DNA from: an uncultured Thermococci archaeon
GTDB taxonomy: Archaea; Methanobacteriota_B; Thermococci; Thermococcales; CAYNOZ01
Length of the DNA: 44,046 nt
Reading direction: 5' to 3'
NCBI GenBank assembly: GCA_964398955.1
Contig: CAYNOZ010000002.1
Location: forward strand, 1,814-45,859
Shown here: in pieces, positions 1 to 8,463 of the stretch
How positions within the stretch are numbered: position 1 is the first letter of the stretch
How the letters are laid out: each line of letters starts with the position of its first letter
Made by a program: the position numbers and the translations under genes
The notes under the pieces: model-generated
Seen by the model: only the letters and a program-made list of their open reading frames with translations
What the model was told of the DNA's origin: nothing
Databases searched by the model: none

Positions 1-64
1 ACGTATCAGGAATAATAAGAGACAAATTCCTAGACTCAATGGGAATAAAAAGAGAGTGAATTGA

Positions 65-140
65 CCTTTCCCTAAAGGGAGAGGTCTTACCCAACCACGA
101 AAAGATAAAAATCATAAAAGAAAACACAAAACAAAATTCA
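65..140 (-). repeat. Copy 1 of a repeated module: T/G-rich leader, TTGGGTAAGACC, then an 8-bp hairpin (read on the minus strand)
   Basis: The reverse complement of 65-140 aligns with 8705-8776 (plus). Shared parts are ttttgtt..gtgtttt, tatcttt, (g/a)gttgggtaagacc, and an 8-bp hairpin (65-84 here). Hairpin positions differ by paired changes that keep base pairing. Confidence 0.6.
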
Positions 141-279
141 TTCTTTCTATCGATAACTAGAAATTAAATCATCAAATAAAAAATAAATCACTATATTAAA
201 TTAGACAAGGATTTAGATCATTTAAAATATATCATTTAAAATATAATTACTACAATCTATATTGCTCTTCAGAATTAAG

Positions 280-356
280 TGGTGGGGCCGCTGAGATTTG
301 AACTCAGGTTACCAGCTCCCAAAGCTGGGGGGATAGCCAAACTACCCTACGGCCCC
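280..356 (-). tRNA. tRNA-Pro (anticodon UGG), CCA encoded
   Basis: Manual cloverleaf. Acceptor GGGGCCG/CGGCCCC; anticodon stem CCAGC/GCTGG with loop TTTGGGA; T arm CTGAG-TTCAAAT-CTCAG; discriminator A followed by CCA. Confidence 0.9.
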
Positions 357-465
357 AGAATCATCCGACGAAATGGTTATCTTATAGTTATTTAAATGTT
401 TCGAATTTCTTGAAGGGGATCTAAAAAATTGTTCATAAGCCTTCTCAATGATTATCTAATTCAGT

Positions 466-1167
466 TCAGATGAGGATCATGAATATAATAATTCCTGCGA
501 CTGATCCGGATAAAACTGCTAGGAAATTGGTACCATTATTACCTATTACTCCTTTTCTTTCAGCTACTGCTCCTATTACGCTATCAAAGTTTGATCCTAT
601 GAAACCAGCTAATAGACTGGACAATGCCACTATAAAAGCTAAGTTGCTTAGGAAAAATAGTGGGATAATACTAATAATTATAGCTCCTCCGAGAGCGGAT
701 AATTCACCTAATATTGTTATTGCCCCGTTTGTACCAGGTTCTACTTTTTTCAGGTTGGTTATTAGTCTCGGTTTTTTGTTGGATAACATGCCAATTTCAC
801 TTGCTAAGGTATCTGCGTTTGCTGTTGCGATTGATCCGAAGAATCCTGCAAGGTATACATGTTTTTGTGTATAAATTTCTATTAATATGAATAAGAATGG
901 TATTAATCCATTTCCTAATACATTTCCTAGTCCTCTAGTTACTTGGATGACTCCCTCTTCTTTCTTTGTTTTGGTTCTAAATTTTGATGCGATAGAACCG
1001 ATTGTCATGAACATTAGGAATGCTATGAAATACATTAGTCCAGAGTAAAGGCTAACCCATCCTATTATGAAGGATGCTATAGACCCTTTAAGATCTAGAA
1101 GTTCTTTTTTCCATGCAATTATGTTCAACCCACCAACAATCAGCGTTATTATTATTTCACTCAGCAT
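466..1167 (-). CDS. DUF92 / TMEM19-VTE6-like integral membrane protein (possible polyprenyl-phosphate kinase family)
   Basis: 233-aa polytopic membrane ORF. Gly-rich motifs GLGNVLGNGL, NADTLASEIG and GTNGAITILG are as I recall for DUF92 (COG1836). Confidence 0.7.
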   Translation of the reverse strand: MLSEIIITLIVGGLNIIAWKKELLDLKGSIASFIIGWVSLYSGLMYFIAFLMFMTIGSIASKFRTKTKKEEGVIQVTRGLGNVLGNGLIPFLFILIEIYTQKHVYLAGFFGSIATANADTLASEIGMLSNKKPRLITNLKKVEPGTNGAITILGELSALGGAIIISIIPLFFLSNLAFIVALSSLLAGFIGSNFDSVIGAVAERKGVIGNNGTNFLAVLSGSVAGIIIFMILI

Positions 1168-1217
1168 TGTATCAAAATCTCCTCTTTTTTATTTAAAGGT
1201 TTTCTTTTTGTTTGTAT

Positions 1218-1859
1218 TTACTGAATCTCATTTATGAGTTTTACTAGATCCTGTCTTTCGAACACTTTGTTTCCATGCCCGGGTAATATCTTTTCAAAGT
1301 CATATTCTAAAAGTTTACTTAAATTGTTTCTTGCCTTTTCGTAATTATCGCAGTACCCTTCATATGGTAGATTTAATTTATTTCTTAATCCTATTACTGT
1401 ATCTCCAGATATTAAAACTCCTTGATCTCTGTATTCTCCTTTTACCGCTAAAATACTTAGATTTCCCTCTGTATGTCCTGGGATCTTTATTGATTTAAGA
1501 TCCAGGGGTAATTCTTCATTATCTCTGATTTCATGATCAGGTTCACATGTTTTGTAGTTAAAGTATTTTTTATTGTTTACTTGAACGTCTCTTTTTGGAA
1601 CTCTATTTTCTTTTAAAGCATATGAATCGTTTTTGTGTATGTATATGGGGGCTTCATATTTTTCGCTTAATTCGCAAGCATTTCCTATATGGTCCACGTG
1701 ACCATGTGTTAGAATTATGTGTGAGATATCTGGAAGGTTGAAGAGTTTATCTGATTGGTCTTTGAAACCTGTATCTACTAGCACTGATTCTTCTTTATGT
1801 TTGAGATAGAATGAGTTGGGATATGATAAATCTATTATTTTTATGTCTTCTATTTTCAA
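1218..1859 (-). CDS. MBL-fold metallo-hydrolase
   Basis: HGHVDHIG (HxHxDH) motif near the N-terminus, with later PGHT and HG motifs. Confidence 0.85.
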   Translation of the reverse strand: MKIEDIKIIDLSYPNSFYLKHKEESVLVDTGFKDQSDKLFNLPDISHIILTHGHVDHIGNACELSEKYEAPIYIHKNDSYALKENRVPKRDVQVNNKKYFNYKTCEPDHEIRDNEELPLDLKSIKIPGHTEGNLSILAVKGEYRDQGVLISGDTVIGLRNKLNLPYEGYCDNYEKARNNLSKLLEYDFEKILPGHGNKVFERQDLVKLINEIQ

Positions 1860-1871
1860 TTATTTTACCTC

Positions 1872-2714
1872 TTATTCAAATATTTTCTTTATCTCCGGAT
1901 ATATTGACACATTTGTCTCTTTATGCGGTATTGTATTAGTTGCAACTATTTCTTTTGCTCCGGCTTCTTTAATTTTCTTTGATGCATCCTCCATTAGAAA
2001 AGCGTGGGTACAGGTTGCATGTATAGAATCAGCTCCCTGTTCTTCCAGTAATTTAACAGCTTCCGACATTGTACCTCCTGTACTGATGATATCATCGAAA
2101 ATTATTACTTCATTACCGGAAACATTCATTTCATGTACAGACATTTCAACCTCAGTTGGGGAGATCCTATGCTTGTCTAAATAGTCATATTCAGCATTTA
2201 ATTGGTTAGCTAATTTCTCAGCTCTTTTTATCGCTCCCTTATCAGGAGCTATTATTAAAGGATCATTTAAATCATTGAAATAATTTGACAGAGATTTTAT
2301 TGGAATAAGATTTTCAGCATCATTAAAGAACCTCGTAGTTTTCGGGTTATGAAGATCAAAGAAATAATATTCATCAAAATAATTATTTAACATATTAGCA
2401 ACAGCACGAATACTAACCGGCTCTCCCTCCTCAACTACTCTATCCTGCCTTGAATAAGCCATATAAGGAATAATAGCATTTAATTTCTCTACGCCCTTCT
2501 CTTTTAGAGCATCACCAAATAACAATAATTCTATCAATTTCTCATCCTGAGGACTATAAGAAGATTGAACAACAGTAACCTCATCACCTACATCATCTAA
2601 AATTCTAACATACTTATCCCCATCCGGAAACTTATCTATCTCCAAATCAACTAACTCATCTTCCTCAAAATCATCCTCAAACGGTTCAGAACCTGATCCT
2701 AACACAAAATCCAT
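1872..2714 (-). CDS. prs: Ribose-phosphate pyrophosphokinase (PRPP synthetase)
   Basis: PRPP-binding loop VIIFDDIISTGGT, plus RQDR and DLH motifs. The N-terminus is unusually acidic. Confidence 0.9.
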   Translation of the reverse strand: MDFVLGSGSEPFEDDFEEDELVDLEIDKFPDGDKYVRILDDVGDEVTVVQSSYSPQDEKLIELLLFGDALKEKGVEKLNAIIPYMAYSRQDRVVEEGEPVSIRAVANMLNNYFDEYYFFDLHNPKTTRFFNDAENLIPIKSLSNYFNDLNDPLIIAPDKGAIKRAEKLANQLNAEYDYLDKHRISPTEVEMSVHEMNVSGNEVIIFDDIISTGGTMSEAVKLLEEQGADSIHATCTHAFLMEDASKKIKEAGAKEIVATNTIPHKETNVSIYPEIKKIFE

Positions 2715-3144
2715 AATACCACCTAAAAAATATAATCTTATTACTTAAATAAACTGATCTCATGCAAATAAAATAAATTCAAAACAAAGTCAACAACGAC
2801 TTACACCTCAAAGCAAACCTCTACCTTAACATCCTACCCAATACTTAAAAAGTATACCTCCACAAGAAGAATCATAAAAACTAAAGACCAACATCAAAAA
2901 ACTTACTACCACATAAAATAGGTATTCTAAACAATTTTCAAAATCTAATATAACCTAAAAACAAAAAATACAAAATAAAATACAAAATAATATATTAAAA
3001 ATCAATGAAAAAGTTATTTAATATCTATAAAATATTAAAAAACCTATAAAGATGAAAAACCATCTTATTTTAACATATATTAACCCTACTACGACTAGGA
3101 AAAAGGCTTTTATAACATGGAAATAAAAGAACACAGGTGACAAT

Positions 3145-3759
3145 ATGAGTGGAGAAGAAAGTAGAAAAACGGGAACCACCACGGTCGGAATAAGAATAAA
3201 TGATGGTGTGGTTCTAGCGGCTGATACTCAAGCTTCATTAGGAAATATGGTTTCCAGCAAAGACATAGAAAAAGTCCTTAAAATCACTGACAGAATCGGA
3301 ATAACCACCGCAGGATCAGTTGGAGACGCTCAATATTTAGTCAGAATCATCAAGGCACAAACTAAGATGTACAAATATGAAGAGAAAAGAAACATCACCA
3401 TAAAATCACTCGCAACCTTACTCTCAAACATCTTACAAAGAAACAAAGTGCCAATACCATTCATGAACCAACTAATCCTAGGCGGATACGACGAAGAAGG
3501 ACCAAAAATAGGAACCCTAGATCCTCTAGGCGGACTAATATTTGAAGAAAAATTCACAGCAACAGGATCAGGATCACCAATGGCCTACGGACTACTAGAA
3601 GACGAATACAATGCAGACATGACCATAGAAGAAGCTAAAGACCTTGGAAAAAGAACAGTAAAAGCAGCCTCACAAAGAGACATCTACACCGGAGAAAAAA
3701 AGGTACAAATAGTAAGCATAACAGAAGAAGGCTACGAAAGCAACTTCATCGAACAATAA
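3145..3759 (+). CDS. psmB: Proteasome subunit beta
   Basis: Short propeptide followed by the GTTTVGI processing site (active-site Thr). Ntn-hydrolase beta-subunit pattern throughout. Confidence 0.95.
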   Translation: MSGEESRKTGTTTVGIRINDGVVLAADTQASLGNMVSSKDIEKVLKITDRIGITTAGSVGDAQYLVRIIKAQTKMYKYEEKRNITIKSLATLLSNILQRNKVPIPFMNQLILGGYDEEGPKIGTLDPLGGLIFEEKFTATGSGSPMAYGLLEDEYNADMTIEEAKDLGKRTVKAASQRDIYTGEKKVQIVSITEEGYESNFIEQ

Positions 3760-3848
3760 TCTCTATCTTTTTTATTTTCTATAAAACCTAAAAAACTAAA
3801 ACCAAAAAACTTTTAAGTAGAATGTTTGCACATAATACAGGAATCTCA

Positions 3849-3926
3849 GCCCCGGTAGTGTAGTTCGGCCAATCATGTTGGCCTTTCGAGCCGATGACTC
3901 GGGTTCAAATCCCGACCGGGGCACCA
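3849..3926 (+). tRNA. tRNA-Glu (anticodon UUC), CCA encoded
   Basis: Acceptor GCCCCGG/CCGGGGC; anticodon stem TTGGC/GCCGA with loop CTTTCGA; T arm TCGGG-TTCAAAT-CCCGA; then ACCA. Confidence 0.88.
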
Positions 3927-3960
3927 AAAAACCATTATATAAAGAATAAATTCTTCTCAT

Positions 3961-4035
3961 GCCCTGGTAGCTTAGTGGTAAAGCGCGTCCTTGGTAAGGA
4001 CGAGAGCGCGGGTTCAATCCCCGCCCAGGGCTCCA
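3961..4035 (+). tRNA. tRNA-Thr (anticodon GGU), CCA encoded
   Basis: Acceptor GCCCTGG/CCAGGGC; D arm GCTT-AGTGGTA-AAGC; anticodon stem CGTCC/GGACG with loop TTGGTAA; T arm GCGGG-TTCAATC-CCCGC; then TCCA. Confidence 0.88.
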
Positions 4036-4157
4036 TATTGCTTAGTAAAATGCCAGCCTGCGGGTTCGCCTGTTCTAAGAACTGAATACTGCCTTAAGGC
4101 AGTTTCGATGCTGTTCCGCTTCAAAATTTTAAGTATCTGTCGAACCATTCTATAATT

Positions 4158-4565
4158 ATGCAGAGCCTAGAACAACCTGAAGGCGAGGATGAAAACCCTG
4201 AGAAAGAAATAGATCAGCTATCAGAAGGCCAGTTCTCAGAAGACCTGTATGAAGAACTTTCCAATGATAGCGAGTACAGCGATCTGGCCGAAGAACTGAT
4301 GGCAGGAGTTCCAGAAGAAGCAAGAACGAACGACGGAGTCACCTACGAAGTGAAGGGTTTCGAAGATACAGAAGATGGGATGGTCATGGCCAAGGTCTCC
4401 AACAGCAGCGAAGAGGAAGAGCTGGCGGAGAATTTGCTACAGATCTACGTTGCTATGGAGCAGTTCAAGTACGAATTGGGTCCAGAAGAAGCAGAAACTT
4501 ATGATGAGGAGATTTTGGAGCCGTTTAGACAAAGTATTGCAGGAGAGTACGTTAGAAATGCATAA
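4158..4565 (+). CDS. Hyper-acidic small protein, unknown function
   Basis: 135 aa. By my count it has 41 Asp+Glu versus 7 Lys+Arg. The coding region looks clearly GC-richer than its neighbours. Confidence 0.6.
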   Translation: MQSLEQPEGEDENPEKEIDQLSEGQFSEDLYEELSNDSEYSDLAEELMAGVPEEARTNDGVTYEVKGFEDTEDGMVMAKVSNSSEEEELAENLLQIYVAMEQFKYELGPEEAETYDEEILEPFRQSIAGEYVRNA

Positions 4566-4568
4566 GTA

Positions 4569-5075
4569 TTAATCGTTTGCAATACTTCTAAGCATTGATT
4601 TATGGTTTTCAGGAAGGTAGGTTCCCGCTTCTTTAGCTTCTTTTATTAATTTATCGGCTTTTCTGAAACTAATTTTTTCTCTTTCAATTAATTTTCCTAA
4701 AATGCCTAAAGTTCCCTTCAGATTTAAGCCAATTTTTTCACACGCCTCACGTGCTCTCCCATCGTCAAGACAGCAGAAATATTCTTTATTCTTATTATCA
4801 AATTTTTCTCCAAGTGTTAATACTGCTAATTCGCCATCTCCTAAACGAAAATATCTATTAGATAATTCCTCATGTCGATTTTTATCACACTTTATAATCT
4901 TAGAATTATTTAGAATATCTTCTGTTATAGAATTATTCGTATCTACCTCTTCGATGACATTTTGTGGTATGACTATTTCATATTCTGCTTCCAATAGTTT
5001 GTTGAAGATGATGGGTTTTTCAAGTTCCTCTATCCAACTAATAAGAATTGAAGCATCAAGAATAAGTTTAGTCAT
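4569..5075 (-). CDS. PIN-domain toxin (VapC-like; the PIN family that pairs with UPF0175-type antitoxins)
   Basis: N-terminal LILDASILI (first acidic residue). C-terminal CLDDGRAREACEKIGLNLKGTLGILGKL signature. Its ATG overlaps the stop codon of the upstream ORF by 8 nt. Confidence 0.8.
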   Translation of the reverse strand: MTKLILDASILISWIEELEKPIIFNKLLEAEYEIVIPQNVIEEVDTNNSITEDILNNSKIIKCDKNRHEELSNRYFRLGDGELAVLTLGEKFDNKNKEYFCCLDDGRAREACEKIGLNLKGTLGILGKLIEREKISFRKADKLIKEAKEAGTYLPENHKSMLRSIAND

Positions 5076-5667
5076 TTAGTCCACTCTTGAAACTTGATAC
5101 GGATAATCCTGCTAGTTCAGAAGCCTTTTCCAGACTAATTTTCTCCTTTCGATACATATTCTTAGCTAATTTAACTCGATCTTCCTCTATATCCTCCTTC
5201 AAAACTGATTGAGCAGTCATTTCTGGATAAGTCTCATAAATGTACAAAAGAAGTTCATTCTTAGTTAAATCGTTCATAAATCTCTTTATGTCTTCTATTA
5301 AATCAAGAAGATCTTCGTCAGCAATTTCATATATCTTATTTACTATCTCTTTCCCTCTGTGAGTTATTTTAATTTTCGAATTTTCTTTTTTCACGTACCC
5401 CTTAAACTGTAGGTTATCAAGAATATTTTCAACAGTCTCACTGTAAGGGCCTTTGTTATAAGGTTGGAAGTTAAAATAGTCTTCTAATTTCTTTAAATTC
5501 TTTGCTATCATGAAGATTTCTTTCTGAAGCCATAAGTTACTTGGAATTGCTTCCCCGCCATCTGCCTCTAGGAGAATAAGGAATACCTTTTCTACGTCAT
5601 CAATGTCATTGAGGTTATTTTTCTTATTCTCTGAAGTTGAATCCTTGCTTTCCAATACAATCCCCAA
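5068..5667 (-). CDS. Putative antitoxin: N-terminal wHTH-like domain plus C-terminal UPF0175-like HTH
   Basis: The C-terminal KISLEKASELAGLSVSSF resembles the UPF0175 HTH. The ORF is translationally coupled to the PIN gene (overlap AATGACTAA). Confidence 0.6.
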   Translation of the reverse strand: MGIVLESKDSTSENKKNNLNDIDDVEKVFLILLEADGGEAIPSNLWLQKEIFMIAKNLKKLEDYFNFQPYNKGPYSETVENILDNLQFKGYVKKENSKIKITHRGKEIVNKIYEIADEDLLDLIEDIKRFMNDLTKNELLLYIYETYPEMTAQSVLKEDIEEDRVKLAKNMYRKEKISLEKASELAGLSVSSFKSGLND

Positions 5668-5699
5668 TGCTTAAGTAGAACTGTGACTACTTAAAAGGT

Positions 5700-6899
5700 A
5701 TGGCGAGTCTCAAGGTAAAACTTCGATCTTTAGATGATGAAACACCCTTCTCTCATAAAAAAATTAAAGTTGGTTCAAAGAGTATAGAAACACCCGCTAA
5801 ATCACTAGATATTGGGAAAACCACAAAAAAGGATCCCGTGTCAGAAGATTCAAGAGGAATAAATGAGATATACTTCAAGATTACACCTAAAAAGCTCAAA
5901 GAAGGTAGAGAAGGAAAACACCCTCACTTCAAAAAGAAGATAGGAGGATCACTTAACAAAGCAGAAAAGGATGAATTCAACATAATTTTTCCTGCTTATG
6001 ATTCTCAAACTGAATTTAATGATGATAATTTATTCCTTTTAGTTGATACAGTTTATTCTACTTCTGATTTCGTGACTATTCCGCTAATGCCCAGTTTGGT
6101 CGATGCAATAAGAAAAGACGAGGGGAAAGGAACCGATTCTAAATTCTTTCAAATGTATAAGAACAATATAAAGAGATATATTAAAGCAGTTAGACAGATT
6201 GATGGTAAACCAATAATTGGAACTCTCCCAGCAATTTCTTGGAACTTCACAAAAGAGATAGTAGATTTATATTTAGACAAAGGCATTAGAGGTTTTTGTT
6301 TCGATTTTCTTGGAAGAACTATAACGGCCGAAAGACAGCTTTCTGATGTCGTTACACCGCTCATGAGAAAAGTATTTCAAAGAGATCTCCAAGAAGATAT
6401 ATTCTTATATGCAATGAACGCACACAAAGGTAGAAGTACCGGTAACTTTACACCAGCCAGAGATTTTCTAGGACTCGGATTTGGTTTCGATATTTTGGGA
6501 GATAAACATATTCAGAGAACAATGACTGAAGAAGTAGCTAAGAAATTAAATAGCGGAAAAGATACATTTTTCCTCTTTAATAAAAATGACTACATTTACA
6601 ACTCCTATGAATACGAAAAACTTCAAGAAAATTTACCAAGCGACACAGGATTAAATGAACAAAGAATCACAAACAAAAAGAGTCAAAAATACAAATTTCA
6701 AGCCTTAATCAACGCTGAGCAACAATCCAAAGAGTGTAAAGATCTCAAAACAAGTATAGATGAAAACAGAGTAACGGAATACGTATCTCCAAAGAAAGGT
6801 GCAAAAAGCGAAAGAATTATCAAAGAAATGAAAAGCTCAAAAAAGAAATTTAAGGAAAAGAACTCCACTCAGGTATCCTTAAGTGCTTTTAAAGACTGA
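5700..6899 (+). CDS. Hypothetical protein; weak motif resemblance to the TGT / DpdA-type TIM-barrel superfamily (unverified)
   Basis: Clean 399-aa ORF. Motifs KVGSKSIETPAKSL (compare G..ieTPaFmpv), AYDSQTEF (compare DSGGFQ) and GLGFGFDILGD (compare GvDmFD) occur in TGT order. The Lys-rich C-terminal tail is unrelated to TGT. Confidence 0.7.
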   Translation: MASLKVKLRSLDDETPFSHKKIKVGSKSIETPAKSLDIGKTTKKDPVSEDSRGINEIYFKITPKKLKEGREGKHPHFKKKIGGSLNKAEKDEFNIIFPAYDSQTEFNDDNLFLLVDTVYSTSDFVTIPLMPSLVDAIRKDEGKGTDSKFFQMYKNNIKRYIKAVRQIDGKPIIGTLPAISWNFTKEIVDLYLDKGIRGFCFDFLGRTITAERQLSDVVTPLMRKVFQRDLQEDIFLYAMNAHKGRSTGNFTPARDFLGLGFGFDILGDKHIQRTMTEEVAKKLNSGKDTFFLFNKNDYIYNSYEYEKLQENLPSDTGLNEQRITNKKSQKYKFQALINAEQQSKECKDLKTSIDENRVTEYVSPKKGAKSERIIKEMKSSKKKFKEKNSTQVSLSAFKD

Positions 6900-6912
6900 T
6901 AAAAAATCGGGG

Positions 6913-7332
6913 TTATCTTCCTACTACTGCCCATGCTTGTATATCTGCGTTTACTTCACTTTTCTTTTTTAATGTAGTCTGATGTTCTGGAGATTCATCT
7001 ATATATTCATCTAAGAAGTCCTCAAGTTCATCTAAAAGATCATCTATCTCCCAGTCGGATAGGGCCCTTCCTTTAATAAGTTCTCTTAAAGCTCTGCCTT
7101 CTTCAGTATTCTTGATGGCAATGTTCTTGAATTTCTTAAGAATCTTTTCCGCTCTTTCAGAGTACTTTTCATGTTCAGGAATTATGACCTGTTGAAGGTA
7201 TGCGATTACCATTTCTTGCTGTTTACTTTGTTTCTTTCCCTGTTTATAAACTCCAATAGATTGGTATCTCTCTTTTCTTGCTTTTACTTTTCCTGAATCG
7301 GATCTTTGCCCCAGTTTTTCTGAAGGTAACAT
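6913..7332 (-). CDS. Hypothetical acidic helical protein
   Basis: 139-aa ORF. Its 5' end overlaps the integrase fragment in another frame. An internal ATG at 7212 would remove the overlap. No recognisable motifs. Confidence 0.45.
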   Translation of the reverse strand: MLPSEKLGQRSDSGKVKARKERYQSIGVYKQGKKQSKQQEMVIAYLQQVIIPEHEKYSERAEKILKKFKNIAIKNTEEGRALRELIKGRALSDWEIDDLLDELEDFLDEYIDESPEHQTTLKKKSEVNADIQAWAVVGR

Positions 7333-7873
7333 CTTCCCATTTTACATTAAGAATCTCCCCGATTCTGCCCCCAGTATCCCAAGTAAAAAATATCATCAAT
7401 CTGTCTCTAAACAAGTCCCTGGAATTCATCAGTTTCTTAACTTCGCTTGGTCCTGGTAGTTCTTCCGGTGACGTCATAGGCTTTTTTGATCTTTTGACAT
7501 TGGTAGAGATGAAATCAACGATCTCTGGTTCTTCTTCCCCAGTAAGAAATGAGTAAAATTTTCTTATAGCTTTCTTGAATTCTTTGATGGTCCATACGCT
7601 GTAGTCCTTTTCATTTATTTCGCTGTTATTTATCTTTCCGACTAACTTCTTTAATTCCATTTTATCCGGGTCCAGAAGTGAGAAATCTATGCTTGGGGCC
7701 AGAGTAATGAATGAATACAGATATCTCTGAACAGCTTTCCTTCCAACACCCTCAGCTCTCAAATGCTCCTTGAATTCCAATATTTTTTCCAATTCTTCTC
7801 GAGAATAGTCCGACTCTTTTAGCCGGGAGATAGACTTTTTAAGCCTTCTTTCCATGTTATGTATGTCTGACAT
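7244..7873 (-). pseudogene. Tyrosine recombinase / integrase, truncated after the first catalytic Arg region
   Basis: It has an N-terminal SAM-like core-binding domain, then DTGGRIGEIL (Arg I) and the beta-hairpin KSKSKKREIPI, followed by a stop. None of the three downstream frames shows an HxxR or catalytic Tyr segment. The likely start is the ATG at 7873 (MSDIHNMERRL). Confidence 0.7.
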
Positions 7874-8463
7874 CTTGGACCTCCTTAAGGCGGCCCGCAG
7901 ATCCTTTCTCGGCAACTTAACAAACCAGAGCTTGTTCTCCCAGGGCTCCAATAAAATCTTAAGGAATAAAAATATAACAAAAACCAAAATAAAGAAAAAT
8001 ATTCTTCTAAATTACCTTTAAAACTTTAATGAAACCTCTTAACTGAAAAATATTAATAATACCAACTTAAAACAAGACCTTTAAGAATAGAATAAAAAAA
8101 TCCCAACTAACCTAAAGAACAATAAAAAATGAGGAATTAAAAGAACTAACCAATGCCACGAGTTGGAACCATACAAATCAACAAAAAGCCACAGAAATCA
8201 TCTCACCGAGTTAAAAAAAATTTAATGTTTAATATTTCCCAATTTGTTTGAAATATAAGAATTATAAAATAGATTAATTAATAACATGTTAAATCTCCAT
8301 TTATAAGATAAAATACAAATAAAGAGTCAAAACAAGTAAATCTCGATAAAACTACTTCTCAAATATTTAAAAATTATTTAATATCACATGTGTTTAAAAC
8401 ATATTTTTTAAACATATTCTTTCGAATCATAAATTGTTTAAGGATCTTAATTGATAATTAACT

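Larger units (their letters stand above)
4036..7990. mobile_element. Putative degraded integrated element / small genomic island downstream of tRNA-Thr
   Basis: It starts at the 3' end of a tRNA and ends with a truncated tyrosine recombinase gene. It carries a toxin-antitoxin pair, a compositionally foreign acidic ORF and unknown ORFs. No flanking direct repeats were found by eye. Confidence 0.35.

Noticed and set aside
206-218. 13-nt exact repeat caaggatttagat (also at 19741-19753), and a tandem 14-nt duplication atcatttaaaatat x2 at 220-247
   Set aside because: These are short AT-rich strings in very AT-rich spacers with no extended similarity around them. They may be promoter-like TATA duplications, but the evidence is too thin to call.
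470-874. Plus-strand 134-aa ORF antisense to the DUF92 gene. Similar shadow ORFs: 1816-2184, 3330-3557, 4702-5079, 6149-6364, 7278-7556, 9408-10058 set, 14666-15649 set, 17690-17896, 20107-20637 set, 23887-24207, 26317-26571, 26910-27101, 30114-30323, 31617-31808, 32236-32538, 33801-34049, 35050-35271, 35449-35827, 36851-37287, 37911-38210, 38570-38914 and 39027-39344.
   Set aside because: Each lies antisense to, or out of frame within, a much better supported gene with clear family motifs. Their sequences are low-complexity or hydrophobic, as expected from reading A-rich coding DNA on the wrong strand.
4050-4075. tgcgggttc string, identical over 8 nt (gcgggttc) to the T-arm of tRNA-Thr, as a possible att duplication
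   Set aside because: The identity is too short, only about 25 nt from the intact tRNA, and no matching repeat exists near the integrase end of the island.
3796-4085. ORFs 3796-4017 (-) and 3894-4085 (+)
   Set aside because: They run straight through the tRNA-Glu and tRNA-Thr genes and are artefacts of the GC-rich tRNA sequence.
6913-7873. SSV-type split integrase (int(N)/int(C) partition by integration into a tRNA)
   Set aside because: The break lies far into the gene, after the Arg-I region. No tRNA-like att sequence is at the breakpoint, and no int(C) fragment is next to any tRNA in the window.
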